Source of the DNA: Klebsormidium nitens | Lineage: Eukaryota > Plantae > Klebsormidiophyceae | Direction: 5' to 3' | DNA: 64,000 nt | NCBI GenBank assembly: GCA_000708835.1 | Contig: DF237049.1 | Span: 124,001-188,000, forward strand | Program-made: the position numbers and the translations under genes | Shown here: piece by piece, positions 47,601 to 64,000 of the stretch | Position numbering within the stretch: position 1 is the first letter of the stretch | Layout: each line of letters opens with the position of its first letter | Notes under the pieces: generated by a model | The model's input: only the letters and a program-made list of their open reading frames with translations | Told to the model about the DNA's origin: nothing | Database searches by the model: none

Positions 47601-50360
47601 TGAGATGCCAAGAGACTGGTCAACAATCCTCCTACTACATCTTGGGCAGGTCGTGGACAAGAAAAGAGTGGCTATCAAGCATGACAGTGTTGGGTCTGAG
47701 TAGATTCAGGGCTAGGGCGTACCTGGACTCCGTATGCATTGTTGATAATATGCCCCACTCCGAGTTTCTGGCAAAGCTTCGCAACCTCCTCGACCCTGCA
47801 GGCGCCCTAACATTAGCTACCGCCTGAAAAGTTGTATGCTTCACCCAACCAGAGGTGTTTTGACAGCAGGATGGGAACCGAACGAACACTGCGTTCCACA
47901 CGACAGGACGGGCATCGAGCGGCTACTTCTAGGGGGGACTTCAAAGCTTTTTCAACATCACGAGTTGGTTGGGTCATCAAACCTGGTAGCTACAGTCTGA
48001 GGGTTCGCCCTTGAAGTGTTACTCAACCACAGTACTGCTTAGGCACTCACAAAAATCCCTCAACCTCGTCAGGCTGTAAGACCAGCTTTTGAAATGTGAG
48101 AAGCCATCCAAAGCCCCCGGTGATTTAAGCATGCGGACTTGAAGATGGAGCAAGGTGGAAAGGTCCTCCTCGGAGAACTCACCGGTCGGGGGCCCGAGTG
48201 GCAAAGCAGCTGGTGGTAGTGAGGACGCACACAATCTGGTCGCTGCCAAGCTCCGCACTCTTGGCCTGGATCGCCGCCACATCCGTTCGGAGTTGGTCAC
48301 CCTCTAGCCGGTTCGGGATGACCACCACTTCTAGCCCCGCGGCCAGGATGCACTTGAGGCACGACTTCTGGTCCATGCGCGGCCACAGCACGTACCTGGG
48401 GTGAGCAAATCCAAGATAGATCACAGCTTTCGATGGAATATCCATGAACAAGACTTGGGAAACAAGGCTCGTCTCTTGAAATATGCGCCCCAGGTATTCC
48501 CTTTGGATATCCAGCACCATGAATAGTGAATGCTTGAGGGGAAACTCTCTAAGGAGAGTGTGTCAAGTGCCTAGAAGCCAAAGTAAGAACTCGAGCTACT
48601 GACCGGCGCTCTCACAATTGACCAGATTCCATACTGTGGGCGAACCAAAACTTCCACTGGATTGGAGTCCTTCGAAAATGGTAAAACATTGTAGCCCCAA
48701 CAATCTCTTAGCCTTGAGACCCCCGGACAACAACCAATTGTGCTAACTTCCGACTAGCTACATAGCCAAGGAAATTGAGGAATTCAGGTAAAGTAAAGCT
48801 AACAGCTTGCTCTTAACCGCAATTCAAATTTGGCAAGCGAGGTGCATGCCTTTTATTCATATGATGATTGATAGGAAGCTTTTTCAGGCCTGCATCACTC
48901 ACCGAGCAGCTGGGGGCCTTCTCTTCTTGAGTGCCATCAGCGACAGCATGAGCGTCATCCCGGTTGCCAGTGGCAGCACTGACACTGCGCCAATGTCTTT
49001 CAACCCAGCGATCTCCAGGGAGTCCTTCACCAGGGCGTTACTCAGCTTGGCCAGGAGAGTGGACCCCGCCGCCTGTACAGTTGACACCGCTCATCATAAG
49101 CTGCCCAGTTTTTGCACTGTGCCCTTTCCAGTCATATTCCAGCTCTAAGATAACGGCAGAGCTTGAGCAGCCAAAAGCATGTTCTTAAAGGTTTTTAGAC
49201 GTATGAGTTTGACCTCTATCTCTTCTCGAGTCACAGCAATAGTTTTTAGTAGTCCACGCCCACTCAAAGTCTGGAGAGCTCGAAGCATATTAACTTCTGG
49301 CGGAACTTCTGCATTGCTGTGAACCAACAGATTCCCTACTTTTCAGCAAGATATCAGATTGAGGCGTCAGTGGAAAGTTTACCTTGGGCTGCTCATCCGT
49401 GATGCTTCCAGACCGCCCAATGCCATGTGCCATGCCGTAGTGCCTCTTCCACACCAGCGGACTTGCACACTTGGCCTCCCGCTCGCCCATGCCCACGTTG
49501 TCCAGGAAGTTGTTGCTGTCCATCATTGAGAGGTCCTGCAAGCCGGTTGATTGTCAAAAGCACCGCATGCTCTTCGGTCTAGCTGCCCCTTATGTCAGCT
49601 CTCGTGTATCTCGAAATCCAATGATCGAATTGCTGAAGAGAGAAGCATCCTGGAGTACCATGATTGAACTTTGCCAATCTCATGACTTGAGAAAAGTCCC
49701 AAATCGTACCTCTTTAAGGGGACACCGTTAAAAGTCGCTTCTCCAAACTCAGATTCAGTATTGAAGTAAGCATAGGCGCTTTATAAACAGGACGCCAATC
49801 AATATAAAGGGGTGAGAATGACGACCTCTCGGCCACACCTCTTTCGTAAGGAATCCAAGTCTTCAACAGTAGAGATTGCCGTGGAACGGATGTATTCGTG
49901 AATGGTCGCACGTTTAATCCAAGCAATTCGACTTTTGTCTGAGATAAGTTCAACACGGCTTGCTTGTGCGAGGGCAATAGTACAAACAGCCGCAGTCATT
50001 GTTCCAGCCGAAGCCAATTCAGGTTGCCTACCTGGAGAAACCACTCAATGGACGCATCATCCCAGCCCGTGTCAGGCAGACGTTTATTTGATAGCAGCGA
50101 CTTGACCTGCAAGATTTGGGTACAATATCTGAGCAAAACCGTGATGGCGATCCTTGCTGACTGTGAAAACACCCAACAACAACTCGTATGTCCCAATTAT
50201 CATCCGGCAAAACATGAGAATCTTCACAAAGTACAGCAAAGACTGCACAGCTTCGGGATGCTCTCACCAGGTTGTGTCGTTGTTTCAAAGCTTGCTGCCC
50301 TTGCAGCACGTACGATTTTGAGAGTAAGCTCTCAGCTAGTTGCAGGTTTGCACCGTCCAT
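44603..50360 (-). CDS. SEPSECS: O-phosphoseryl-tRNA(Sec) selenium transferase (SepSecS, SLA/LP)
   Basis: Twelve in-phase exons: 50360-50268, 50106-50032, 49535-49383, 49072-48903, 48395-48183, 47795-47723, 47531-47439, 47232-47097, 46586-46506, 46032-45399, 45204-45115, 44774-44603. Motifs: GWDD, MDSNNF..GMGERE, RRHY-like [49 protein letters not shown] lysine [37 protein letters not shown]. Confidence 0.96.
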
Positions 50361-51142
50361 CGATACAACGATAATTCTCAAAAGTGGTCATCCATTCACG
50401 CAAGACCGTACTGTTTTCTTTGTGCTACTAGGTAGTGTATTGTTAAATCAAGCTTCAAAAATGTGCCCTGTTACAACAGAGAGCAGAGCATCAGGGCCTG
50501 CGCAGTGCCCGCCATCTCAGGAGCTTGCCAATGCAGGTGCTTTCTTGCGCCACATTGTCTATCCGAATCGCCGTTGGACGCCAATTCAGGTGGTTGCAAG
50601 CAAGCCGGCCATTGCAGCAAGCCTGGGTGAGGGGCCGAGGCCCACCTGGGCGCCACCATAATGCAGGGCACTAGATGAACAAGTGACTGCCGTCGATATG
50701 CCCCAGAACGATCGTGGGCGTCCATTAGAAGATTCTCAGCGAACAAGTCGGGTCTTCCCATGCCGTCGGTTTAAGACTTGCGTACATGTCATCAAATTTG
50801 TCGGTCAGGACCGCCCGATTGCCGGCCACGCTGGGCCACAAGCAGCTGAGAGCCGCGAGAGCCGTCCAATCACAATCACTGCTCATCGCAGCCACAGTGG
50901 GAAGGTTGGTGGGTGGATAAAGCTGGGGAAAGGCCCTGTTTTGGCAGCCGCAGACTGGTGGCAGACTTGGGTGTATGCATACGGTATGCAACTGCGAGGA
51001 GACGCCTGTGTACTTTTGGGCCTCGACTCTGGCAGTCTGGACTCTGTTCAATGTTGTCTTCCTGATTCTGGCAGGCTGTCTCTTTCTTTGCCAACGAAAG
51101 AAGCTCTGACGTTTGAAGGATCACGCATTTGAGGGAGGAGCC

Positions 51143-55792
<4,650 letters not shown>

Positions 55793-57356
55793 GCATGATC
55801 AAATTGCACAAACTGCCCAGGCACCTTAGTCCTCTAGAGCACAGGTAAATGTTGTATTACTGGGATGGTCCTAACAGGAATGCGCGTTGGTAGGGTATGT
55901 TTGTGGAGCGGAGACTTTCTAGAACGTGAACGCAACTGATGAGCTGCCTGCCGTGCTTCTTGTTGCTTCACGGCTTGTTACGGCCCTATATTTTTGATCG
56001 GCAAGCACATCCATGGAGCAAATCCTGAACGGAGCTTACACTTTGCCACCTTCTTATCGCCCATCTGATATGCAATCTGACCAAGTATGCTTTCCCTTCA
56101 ATGTCTCTAAGATGCCGCTTTTTAAGTGGAGTTTTGTACGCATCCTTGCTCCGGCCAGCCACACTGGCAGACGTTCAGGAAATCTTTGTGATTACGGCCA
56201 CAGGATGGCAGTTCGATGTAGGTATATCAAACGGGTGTAGGAAGCACTCCTCACAGCTACGATCATTTGGTTACTTTTCATGAAACAAAATGTACTGTCC
56301 TCCGGCATGAGAGTACTTGGACGTGACTCAGTTGTAACCATGAAGCAAGTTGCCTTGTGTTGCGAGTGAATAAACAGTAGACGACGGCCCTGCGCAGTGA
56401 CCTCACACCATCTTGAAAAGGGGCTATATGGGCTCCTTGGTACACCGAATCTAAGTGCAACGTACACCATGTGCAAAGTGCAGCGACCTAAAGCCGCATT
56501 TGGCCATGAAGCGGCGAGAATGTATGTGACATTTACGCTTCGATGCAGGCTTGCAGCATCTTGAATATCCCGAGGGTTATGAATCCGACTGACTTCGGAG
56601 TCATTTGGGACATTTGCCAATTTGCATTAGCTGCAGCGAGCTCCCTTTGGCATTTTCTTTTGCACGATCGAAAAGGCCGTTTCCTTCCGGCCAGACGCAG
56701 CAATGTGAGGCCCTTGAATTAAGGCACTTGTCTTGTGTGTGCATATTACTTCGCGCCTGGATGCAGCACCGCGGCCTGCTTACGCATGGAGACCTGCATA
56801 TTGCGTACGTTGCATGACAGGGGAATCTTTGAAGCTAGGCCGACCATCTCCGGCCAGCTACGTGACTGCATTAAAAGCTGAAGTGTAAAGCAGGCATGCA
56901 TGCATGTACACAAATTCTAGTTCCTCGTGATACGTCCGGCCTCGTGTGCTGATGCAGCCACATCCAACATGCGAATGTGTTGACACCATCGAATAATATA
57001 CTCGAGACTGGTTGCCTATAGCTGCATGCCAACAACATTCGTCACAAGATACTCCGCAATGGACTTGCCAGGTACGTGATAGAAGAAGATGATAATCGAG
57101 CATCTTTAGAGTGGATGATCACACGACCAATGAACGAGAGATGTATCCGGCCATGTGCATACCAACTGGCTGAGTGTCTAATACCTCGCATGCTTTCCAA
57201 ATTTCTGCCGAAAATTCACGCCGCTCGCATTTTCGATCTCAAACGATTGACGTCCAACAATGGGGCCCAGATCATGATTCTAGCATAAAAAGAAGGCAAT
57301 CACCCGGGACAGACTTGAGAGACGCCATGACTTTGTCCACGAGCTGGGCTTGCTGC

Positions 57357-59899
57357 TCAGGGGCTGAGCGTTGCGGCCCAGAAGATGGTTGGGTCGGCCT
57401 GGTTGTTGGCCACTCCCACGCGCGTGAACACCGGGCTGGCAATGCCCGTTGTGTTCCACCCGGGGTCCAGCCTCTCCCACCGCCGCGCCAGCACCTGCAC
57501 GCTCGCAGAACGGAGTATGCTCGATATGGATCAACACCGGCTCTACGAGCTTTTGCGGGGCACCGAGCTCTGCCGATTTGTGAAGTGTCAGACTTGCCTG
57601 CTCAGACAACTCAAATGAAATCATGCAGTCGCGGAGTCGACATCCAATACGCCAAGCAATCTTCGTCTTGCAAGACGCTTTCAACCTTGCCCCGCAAAGT
57701 GCACCTGACAGCAACATGCAACACCTGGTGCGACCTGCATCGCTTCGTGCAATGGTCTTCCGAGTACGTTGCACATCCTGCCCTCTTCCAGCCCACGAGC
57801 GCTTCCTGGCTGACCCGATTCTCAAAGCCGCTCACCCCGGCCGACGCGGAGTTGCACGACGTGAGCTGCGACGTCTCCGCAGTGTCAATGGGCCCCAGCG
57901 TGCACTGGCCCGCCGCGGTCTGGCACACCAGGATGCGCGCCGCCACCGTCGTGTTGGCCAGCCCCAGCGTGTCGCTCACCGGCGCACACGCCTGCTCTGC
58001 ACACAGGCCAAAACAGCGATTCAGCCGCTCGAAGCTTGGCAGGCGCGGGCGTACTGATCCCTAAAGCTTGCAAGGCCCGTGGAGTCGCTTCAGGCAAGCT
58101 TTCACAAACAATCAGTTCTTCCTTCTCTGTTAAAACAGCGCCTGATGCGTGGGACCGTCGTCTGCTAGAGGAAGAAAGGAGCACAGAGACGGATTGCTCT
58201 TCACAGACCCAGTGCTGAATGGTTTTGCGATCCAAAGGCATTTGAGGAACAGCCAAAGTGTTTTGCCTCGTCATCCTGCAGCACCTTGAGAACACGAGCT
58301 AAGAAAGTCATCTCAGCTCGAAGGAAGAACGAGGAGTCTCAAAGTTTCGAAGGCTCATTGAAGGCATGGAAACTGTGGAGACAGCTACGAGCGAGTCAGT
58401 TTCTCGATCCGTGCAGACTGGATGGCGCCGCTGCGGCGCCCGCTGAAAAGGACGTTCTTCTTCCAATTATTCCAAGCCACGCATCCTCACTTGGAAGTGG
58501 CCAAGGTGGTGTTGCAGGGGCTCACCGAGGCCGGTGTCGCGCGCGGTGCTCTGCGCGGCGCACATGAGGACGGGGTCCGGCACGAGCAGCGGCCGCCCGT
58601 AGATGGACCGCACCGCGTTCATCGCGTTCACCACCTGCGCCTCAAACTTGGACAGCACAACCGGAGGGCACCCCTCCGGGAGAGACGCCGCTGCAGCCAG
58701 GGAGACAAGTCGACTGTTGATGGCCCAGGCAGAGAAAAAAAAAGAGAGGCAGAAATAAACAAAGAGGCTGATCTGCGGAACCACTGGGGTCGGGAATGAA
58801 TCAGGCACACGAATGTTGGAAGAATTACTTTACGATTCACGGCCATCAGGTAGCTTCGCACAGTCCGAGGTAGTGCAGTTTTCGTCTGTGGACGGCACGT
58901 GGCCTTCTTTTGCCAGCCTTTGCATGACAGACTGCAGGTATCCTGGAAGAAGCGCAATTCTGGAAAAGCTTCTCCCAGATGGTGCGCCAACAGAGCTCAA
59001 AGTAAGACTAGTAACACTGCCTTTAGTATGGATTTGAAGTACGGCCCCTTGTGTAAGCACCGGCTGAACTCAATCTGGAGTCTCGAACCCGCATAGTCGA
59101 GCTACACTCAAGTTCCCTTTTCAACCGTTCTTATTTGCTGCTCCGGATCCTAAAACAGTCTAAAGCAATCTCAGGGTTAGGCGAGATTCAGGGACAAACC
59201 ACAGTCAATTGAGTCATTCAAAACGAAAAAGTATAGCGGTGTGCATTGAACGCAGTCCACCCTTCATCCGGCTCATCGTGACAGGAATATTGTGAGCACG
59301 CACGGCCCGCTCCTACCACAGTCCCGCGGGGCGGTACCTACCTGGGGTCGGCGCGGGCAGCGGGGCCGCCGCGGGGGCACTTTTGGCGGTGGCCTGGAGC
59401 AGCGCCCGAGCATGCACGCCTGCAGCAGAAAGCAGAGACGATGAAAGAGAAGCAGCGGAGTCTCGCTCCAGAAGCTCGAGATTGTAAACATCCCGATGAG
59501 CAGATCCTTTGCAAGCCCAAACACCGGCTTGTGAAGAGGGCCACACGACGGCAGCCTCCGCAAACCAAACCGGGGGCCCTTGCTAGAAAAAGTTCCCTCA
59601 ACTGCTACGTACCACGCCTTCCAGAACCCGGAGTTCGTGCTTCGCAAGGCAGTAATACGACGTCTCTGCCTGCCAGGCCGGCTCCTCGACCCTCCTCCAA
59701 ACTGCATTGAGGTCGCTCTCAGCCTATTTCCAGTTTGGGGAATCTGCAGAATGATTGATAGCCCCCGCAGCTTTTATTCATAGAAGACCAAACCGCTGGA
59801 TGGTGGGCCGGCTACGTGTCGCTCACCGGGCCCTAGGTCGCTTGCCCGCCCTAGCAGTGCCAGGACCAGCAGGGCCACTCCGGCAGGGGAACGCTTCAT
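57357..59899 (-). CDS. Secreted CAP/SCP-like domain protein (resembles plant At3g06035/At5g19250-type proteins)
   Basis: In-phase exons 59899-59827 (signal peptide MKRSPAGVALLVLALLG), 59419-59342, 58690-58491, 57991-57836, 57494-57357. CAP-like pattern: EAQVVNAMNAVRSIYGRPLLVPDPVLMCAAQ ... VLARRW ... IASPVFTRVGVA..IFWAATL. The family call rests on pattern resemblance only. Confidence 0.6.
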
Positions 59900-61811
59900 G
59901 GCGGTTTCTCGCGCTCTGCGGTCTGTCGCCTTGCCCTTCCGCATGCAGGCGCTTCTCTTACTGTGCCTGCTTTTATGTCCTGGTTCGAGCCGCTGCTGCA
60001 ACCTGCAATTCAACCTGGCTTTGACGCGCGACAAGCACGCCCATCTGCTGCCCGAGAGGCCACCTCTCGAGCTGCTGCTGGTGCGGGGCAGCACGCTCAA
60101 GTGCCTGGGGTCAGTCAGACTGGCGTCCGTTTGCGAGCGCATCTCTCGGAGCAGACCGTGGCAGTTTGAAGTTCGACGACCGCAACAGGACCGGTGTTGT
60201 CCATTGCAGCCCCGCTGACATTCGAGGACCCAACGTCAACTTCATGTGCCAGTGCATGCCGGTCAACTTTTGAAGAAACTGCCAAAGATCGCGGAGACTC
60301 TGCTCGAGCTGGGCCCTGCTTCAGACAAACCATCAATGAGTAACAATATCAAATCAGATCGCGCATCATCAACTGTTGGTCCGTTGCCGCTGATTGGGCA
60401 CTTTCCCTGCTGCGCAATGTCACCGGTGCGTGCCGTGGGGCGAAAGCGAACCTTGCGTACACACAGGGAGACGCGAGGTATTATAGACGCTCTTGACCCA
60501 GTTCTCCTAGGGCTTGGGGCGGAAGCAGAAGCCAAAGCCAAAGCTCTCGGATCCTACTGTAAAGCGGACCAACATCGCATGTTCGTTCAGTCAAATTGGA
60601 TGTGCGTACCCTGATCGAGGAGTCTGATTTGAGACTCTGGCAGTAACGGCCAGCTGGCCAAGTCTGCAAGGGTAAGGCTTCGAATTCTGCTTGTAAATCT
60701 TCCGTGGTCATAGAAAGAAGTTGTGGACAGTCCGACCGTGACGAAAAAGTTAGCCTGGTGTCCGCTGCTTATCTTGATGAGCACCTGCAAACACCTACCG
60801 TAAGAAAACTCGGTTGTCACCGGAATCTCGGAGACTGATGAACGCATCTTTGAGACCAGTTGTGCTGATGAGCTTCGATCCAAATCGGGACTCGCTCTTG
60901 CAGGTTAGCCAGCATTACAGCAGACTCGTCAAGCAGCAGTCAAGCATGCCAGAAGAATATCAGAGAGATAGAATACTCTTTGCAGCCTCTGACCCTTCTG
61001 AAGACGCAGATTGATCTCGCCAGACAGACGGACGTGATCAACGTCCAATTCTGGTCTGTAAGGTTAGGTCTCGAGTCTGAATCTTTGCAACGGTTGTTCA
61101 AGAGTTTGAATACGAGGACAGATTGATCAGGCCCGGTGTGCCGCGTCCGGCAGGAGCATGTGAGACTACCGTATTTGCTAGATTGAGAGACAGCCGCAAT
61201 ATTTGGCTTCCACGTCTTATGAATGATATTCCAGAAACACGCAATTCCGAGTGAACTGCTCAGCCCTCTTTTTCTTCACTGGCATATAACGACTCCAATG
61301 GAATCGAAAGATCCTGAAGAATGGAGATTAACGCACAGTCAAGCATACCAAGCTGACATGCTTTCACCTGTGGCACCAAGTATATGTGCCATTCTCTTTG
61401 ACGTACTTGGATGTACTTGAAATTGCTCATGTTCAGGCAAATGCACATTTGTTCAGCACATCCAGAAGCTCTCCAATCTTTGCTTCGACACTCGATGAAA
61501 AAGCATGTTTCCTTGCAACCTGCCGTGTTATGCAAAGCTTCTTGTGAGTCAGCTTCCCTGAGCCCTTTAACCCGAAGCCTTGGTCAATGTTTTGTTCAGA
61601 ATCTCAATTCTGACAATGATTAGACCTCAGACTGGTACTATACCAGGCGGTGGCCCAACTTGACGTGCAATGTATTGCAGACTTGAACCTCTGAGATTTT
61701 TTCTGCTCATGCCACTGTCAAATGCTGCAAATTGTTTGTTCAGCAAGAGTTAGGCTTGTCAACAAAAGTCGATAACACTTCGAATTCCTGAAACGCTCAA
61801 ACGCTGAGAAG

Positions 61812-62615
61812 CTCAAGAAGGCTGGCAAACGGAATTGGATCATTTGAGGCTCAGTCAAGCATACGAGAGGAAATGCTAGACAAAGTGTATCATCCTTCAA
61901 GGATGAAAACGCTCAAGAAGTATGAATGAAGTTGAGAAAACCACTCCGACTACTAACGTACCAGGTGCGTATCAGCTCTGCTACAAATTGGATTTTGTTC
62001 AGAAGTTTGATTAAGCCTTGCAGCCAAGCAACGAGAGCGTGCTCAGCAAAGACTGAGCTTCTCTAAATAGACTGACCAACTTTTGAAAGCTCAAAGCAGG
62101 GCTGGAAACGCTCAGTCAAGCATACCAAGAGGAAATGCTCGACACAGCGTATCATCCCTTGAAGGAACGAAAACGCTCATGAAGTGTATGCACATTTATG
62201 CAAAACACTCCGAACAGCGTACCAACTCTGCTTTGGTGATCAAGAATCTCTTGCAACTTGAGGTAAATGATTGCGCAGAGTTGTACTTTCGAAACCGAAC
62301 CTCTTGTTGAGCCGATTTTCAAATAAACTTCTTAAGTGCAAGCTCAGTGCAAGGTCGCTTGCGCTTGCGCAAGCTAGTATTTTACAACAATGAGCTCTAT
62401 TCAGAAACTGGGCAGCACATTGAAAAGGCTCAAAGAAGGGTTGGAAACGCTCAGTCAAGCATACCGAGAGGAAATGCTCGACACAACGTATCATCCTTTA
62501 AGGATGAAAACGCTCTTGAAGTGTATGCAATCTTGTGCAAAACACTCCGGTTAACAGCGTACCAACCCTCCGGCTTTGAGAGCTCAGTTGATCACGACAA
62601 TTTTGAATCCTTGTT
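61812..62615. repeat. Three degenerate direct copies of a ~150-bp unit separated by unrelated spacers
   Basis: The core ctcagtcaagcatac(c/g)(a/g)agaggaaatgct..acac..(c/t)gtatcatcc..aagga..aaaacgctc..gaagt..atg starts at 61850, 62111 and 62450. Confidence 0.85.
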
Positions 62616-63444
62616 GAACGCCCAGACGCCGCCTCATCAGCTTCTAAGCTTACCAAAGTAGGTAGTAAAGAGCCTCTTGGTTCCTGAGCACGTTTGTTCA
62701 AAGGCAATCGTGAGCAGAGAGCAGCACTAGTGCTTGCGTTCAGCATGCGGCCGGTACGTACCTGCTTGGGAATAGTAACGTTACCTGCGTGTGCTTGGGC
62801 ACTCCCCCATGTTTTTACGGCGATAGTGCAATCCGGTACTTCCGTTTGCCCTCCTCGATCATCCAGGCCGTCCAGGATCCACATGGGCAAGAATGTGCAG
62901 AAACGGGCACATTGCATCTTCATGCACGCCGACGATACCCAGGCAGCAAACTGGGCCCCGCACAGACTGAACAGTCCGCGGTTAACTCAGTAACTGCTGG
63001 CCAAGCTTGGCGATAGACTAGAAGAAACTGGGTTAGGCATAGATAACCACTGTTAAGCTTACAGAACCAGGGCGGTGAGGGACGCGCTAGCCTTAGGTAC
63101 ACAGTATGGGACGGCGCCAAGCCTGGCCAGTGCCATGCAACGGCAACTAACCAGCTTCAAAATGTTAGCTATGTCGATACAGCGCATTTTGGGGCAAGGC
63201 TTCCCGGTATGACCTTGTGGATAAATCAATCAATGGCGCCCCGAAATCATGAGCGGGGCTAGCACGGCTTGAAAACGTTTGGAAAGGAGCATTGTGTCAG
63301 CATTGTGTTAAGATTGGAGGTCTTGATCTTGTATGTGAAGCAAGCTGCTCCACAGTAAGTATGCAAGGGCTGAGGGGCCGATGATATGAGTGGAGCCTCT
63401 GGACGGGGCCAGACTTTTCGACCCGCGCGCACTGGACTAAAGAG

Positions 63445-63717
63445 ATGGACGAAAGTCCACTGAAGAGCATAAAGACTGCTGTCGCAGTTGTTGAAGACTA
63501 TGTACGCGAGGCTGTTAGCAGGAAAGGACGCTGGCGGCTAAGTTCTCTTGACACACACCTGGAGCAGCACGGGCTGCATGCATTTACAGGGGGGTTTGCC
63601 AAACAGTTTGCGAAGAGAACCCTCGAGAAGGTTCTGCAGCAGAATCCACCAGCACCAGAAGAGGAAGTTCTAGTAGTACAGCGACTACTTTTTGAGATGG
63701 AGGATGAGAAAGATCAT
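63445..63717 (+). CDS. Probable first exon of an uncharacterised gene continuing beyond the window
   Basis: ATG at 63445, helical protein-like composition (MDESPLKSIKTAVAVVEDYVREAV...LLFEMEDEKDH), and a consensus donor gtaagc at 63718. No family recognised. Confidence 0.45.
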
Positions 63718-64000
63718 GTAAGCATGAAGACCAAGGCAGGCAATAATCTGGATAGACTTGCATTGATCATATCTTCTTTTCTGCGGTTCTGGTCCAAACA
63801 CCTGCAATACTGGTCATCCTGAACATGGAAAGACTCGGTTAAGATTTCTCTACTTTAGCATTGAGCTGTTGTGTGTTCCATGTGGATCCAAAACTCACTC
63901 TCGTAGTTGGTGAAAGCTCTCTGTACCCACTCTTTTCTGCATTGCCTAACCAAGGTGCAGGCGTGCAGATCGATAGTTTGCTGACATTGCACAATCCATG

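Noticed and set aside
61812-62615. CRISPR-like repeat-spacer array
   Set aside because: The units are about 150 bp and degenerate, the spacers are irregular, there are no cas genes, and the context is eukaryotic.

Overview
This is an intron-rich, GC-rich eukaryotic nuclear window with one assembly gap (33608-33855). Gene content points to a streptophyte (charophyte, Klebsormidium-like) green alga; this is an inference. Land-plant-type genes (COBRA-like, two CASP-like, plant-type PEX22, FtsHi3-like, plastid GAPA) sit beside genes that land plants largely or wholly lost (SEPSECS for selenocysteine synthesis, a CFAP107-like ciliary protein). I reconstructed 12 multi-exon genes by hand from splice sites, reading-frame phase and recognisable motifs: FtsHi3-like, PEX22, a TPR+J-domain co-chaperone, COBRA-like, DNA primase large subunit, CFAP107-like, two divergent CASPL paralogues, a WRN-exo-like 3'-5' exonuclease, SEPSECS, GAPA and a secreted CAP-like protein. 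The first exon of an unknown gene lies at the right edge. Non-coding features include a hAT-type MITE with a TSD, two foldback elements with telomere-like cores and a 3-copy degenerate repeat. The most intriguing signals are the apparently intact SEPSECS with a ~180-codon insertion, and a single in-frame UGA in the adjacent exonuclease gene followed by 89 further coding-like codons that end in a putative NLS. Family assignments come from remembered motifs, not database searches.
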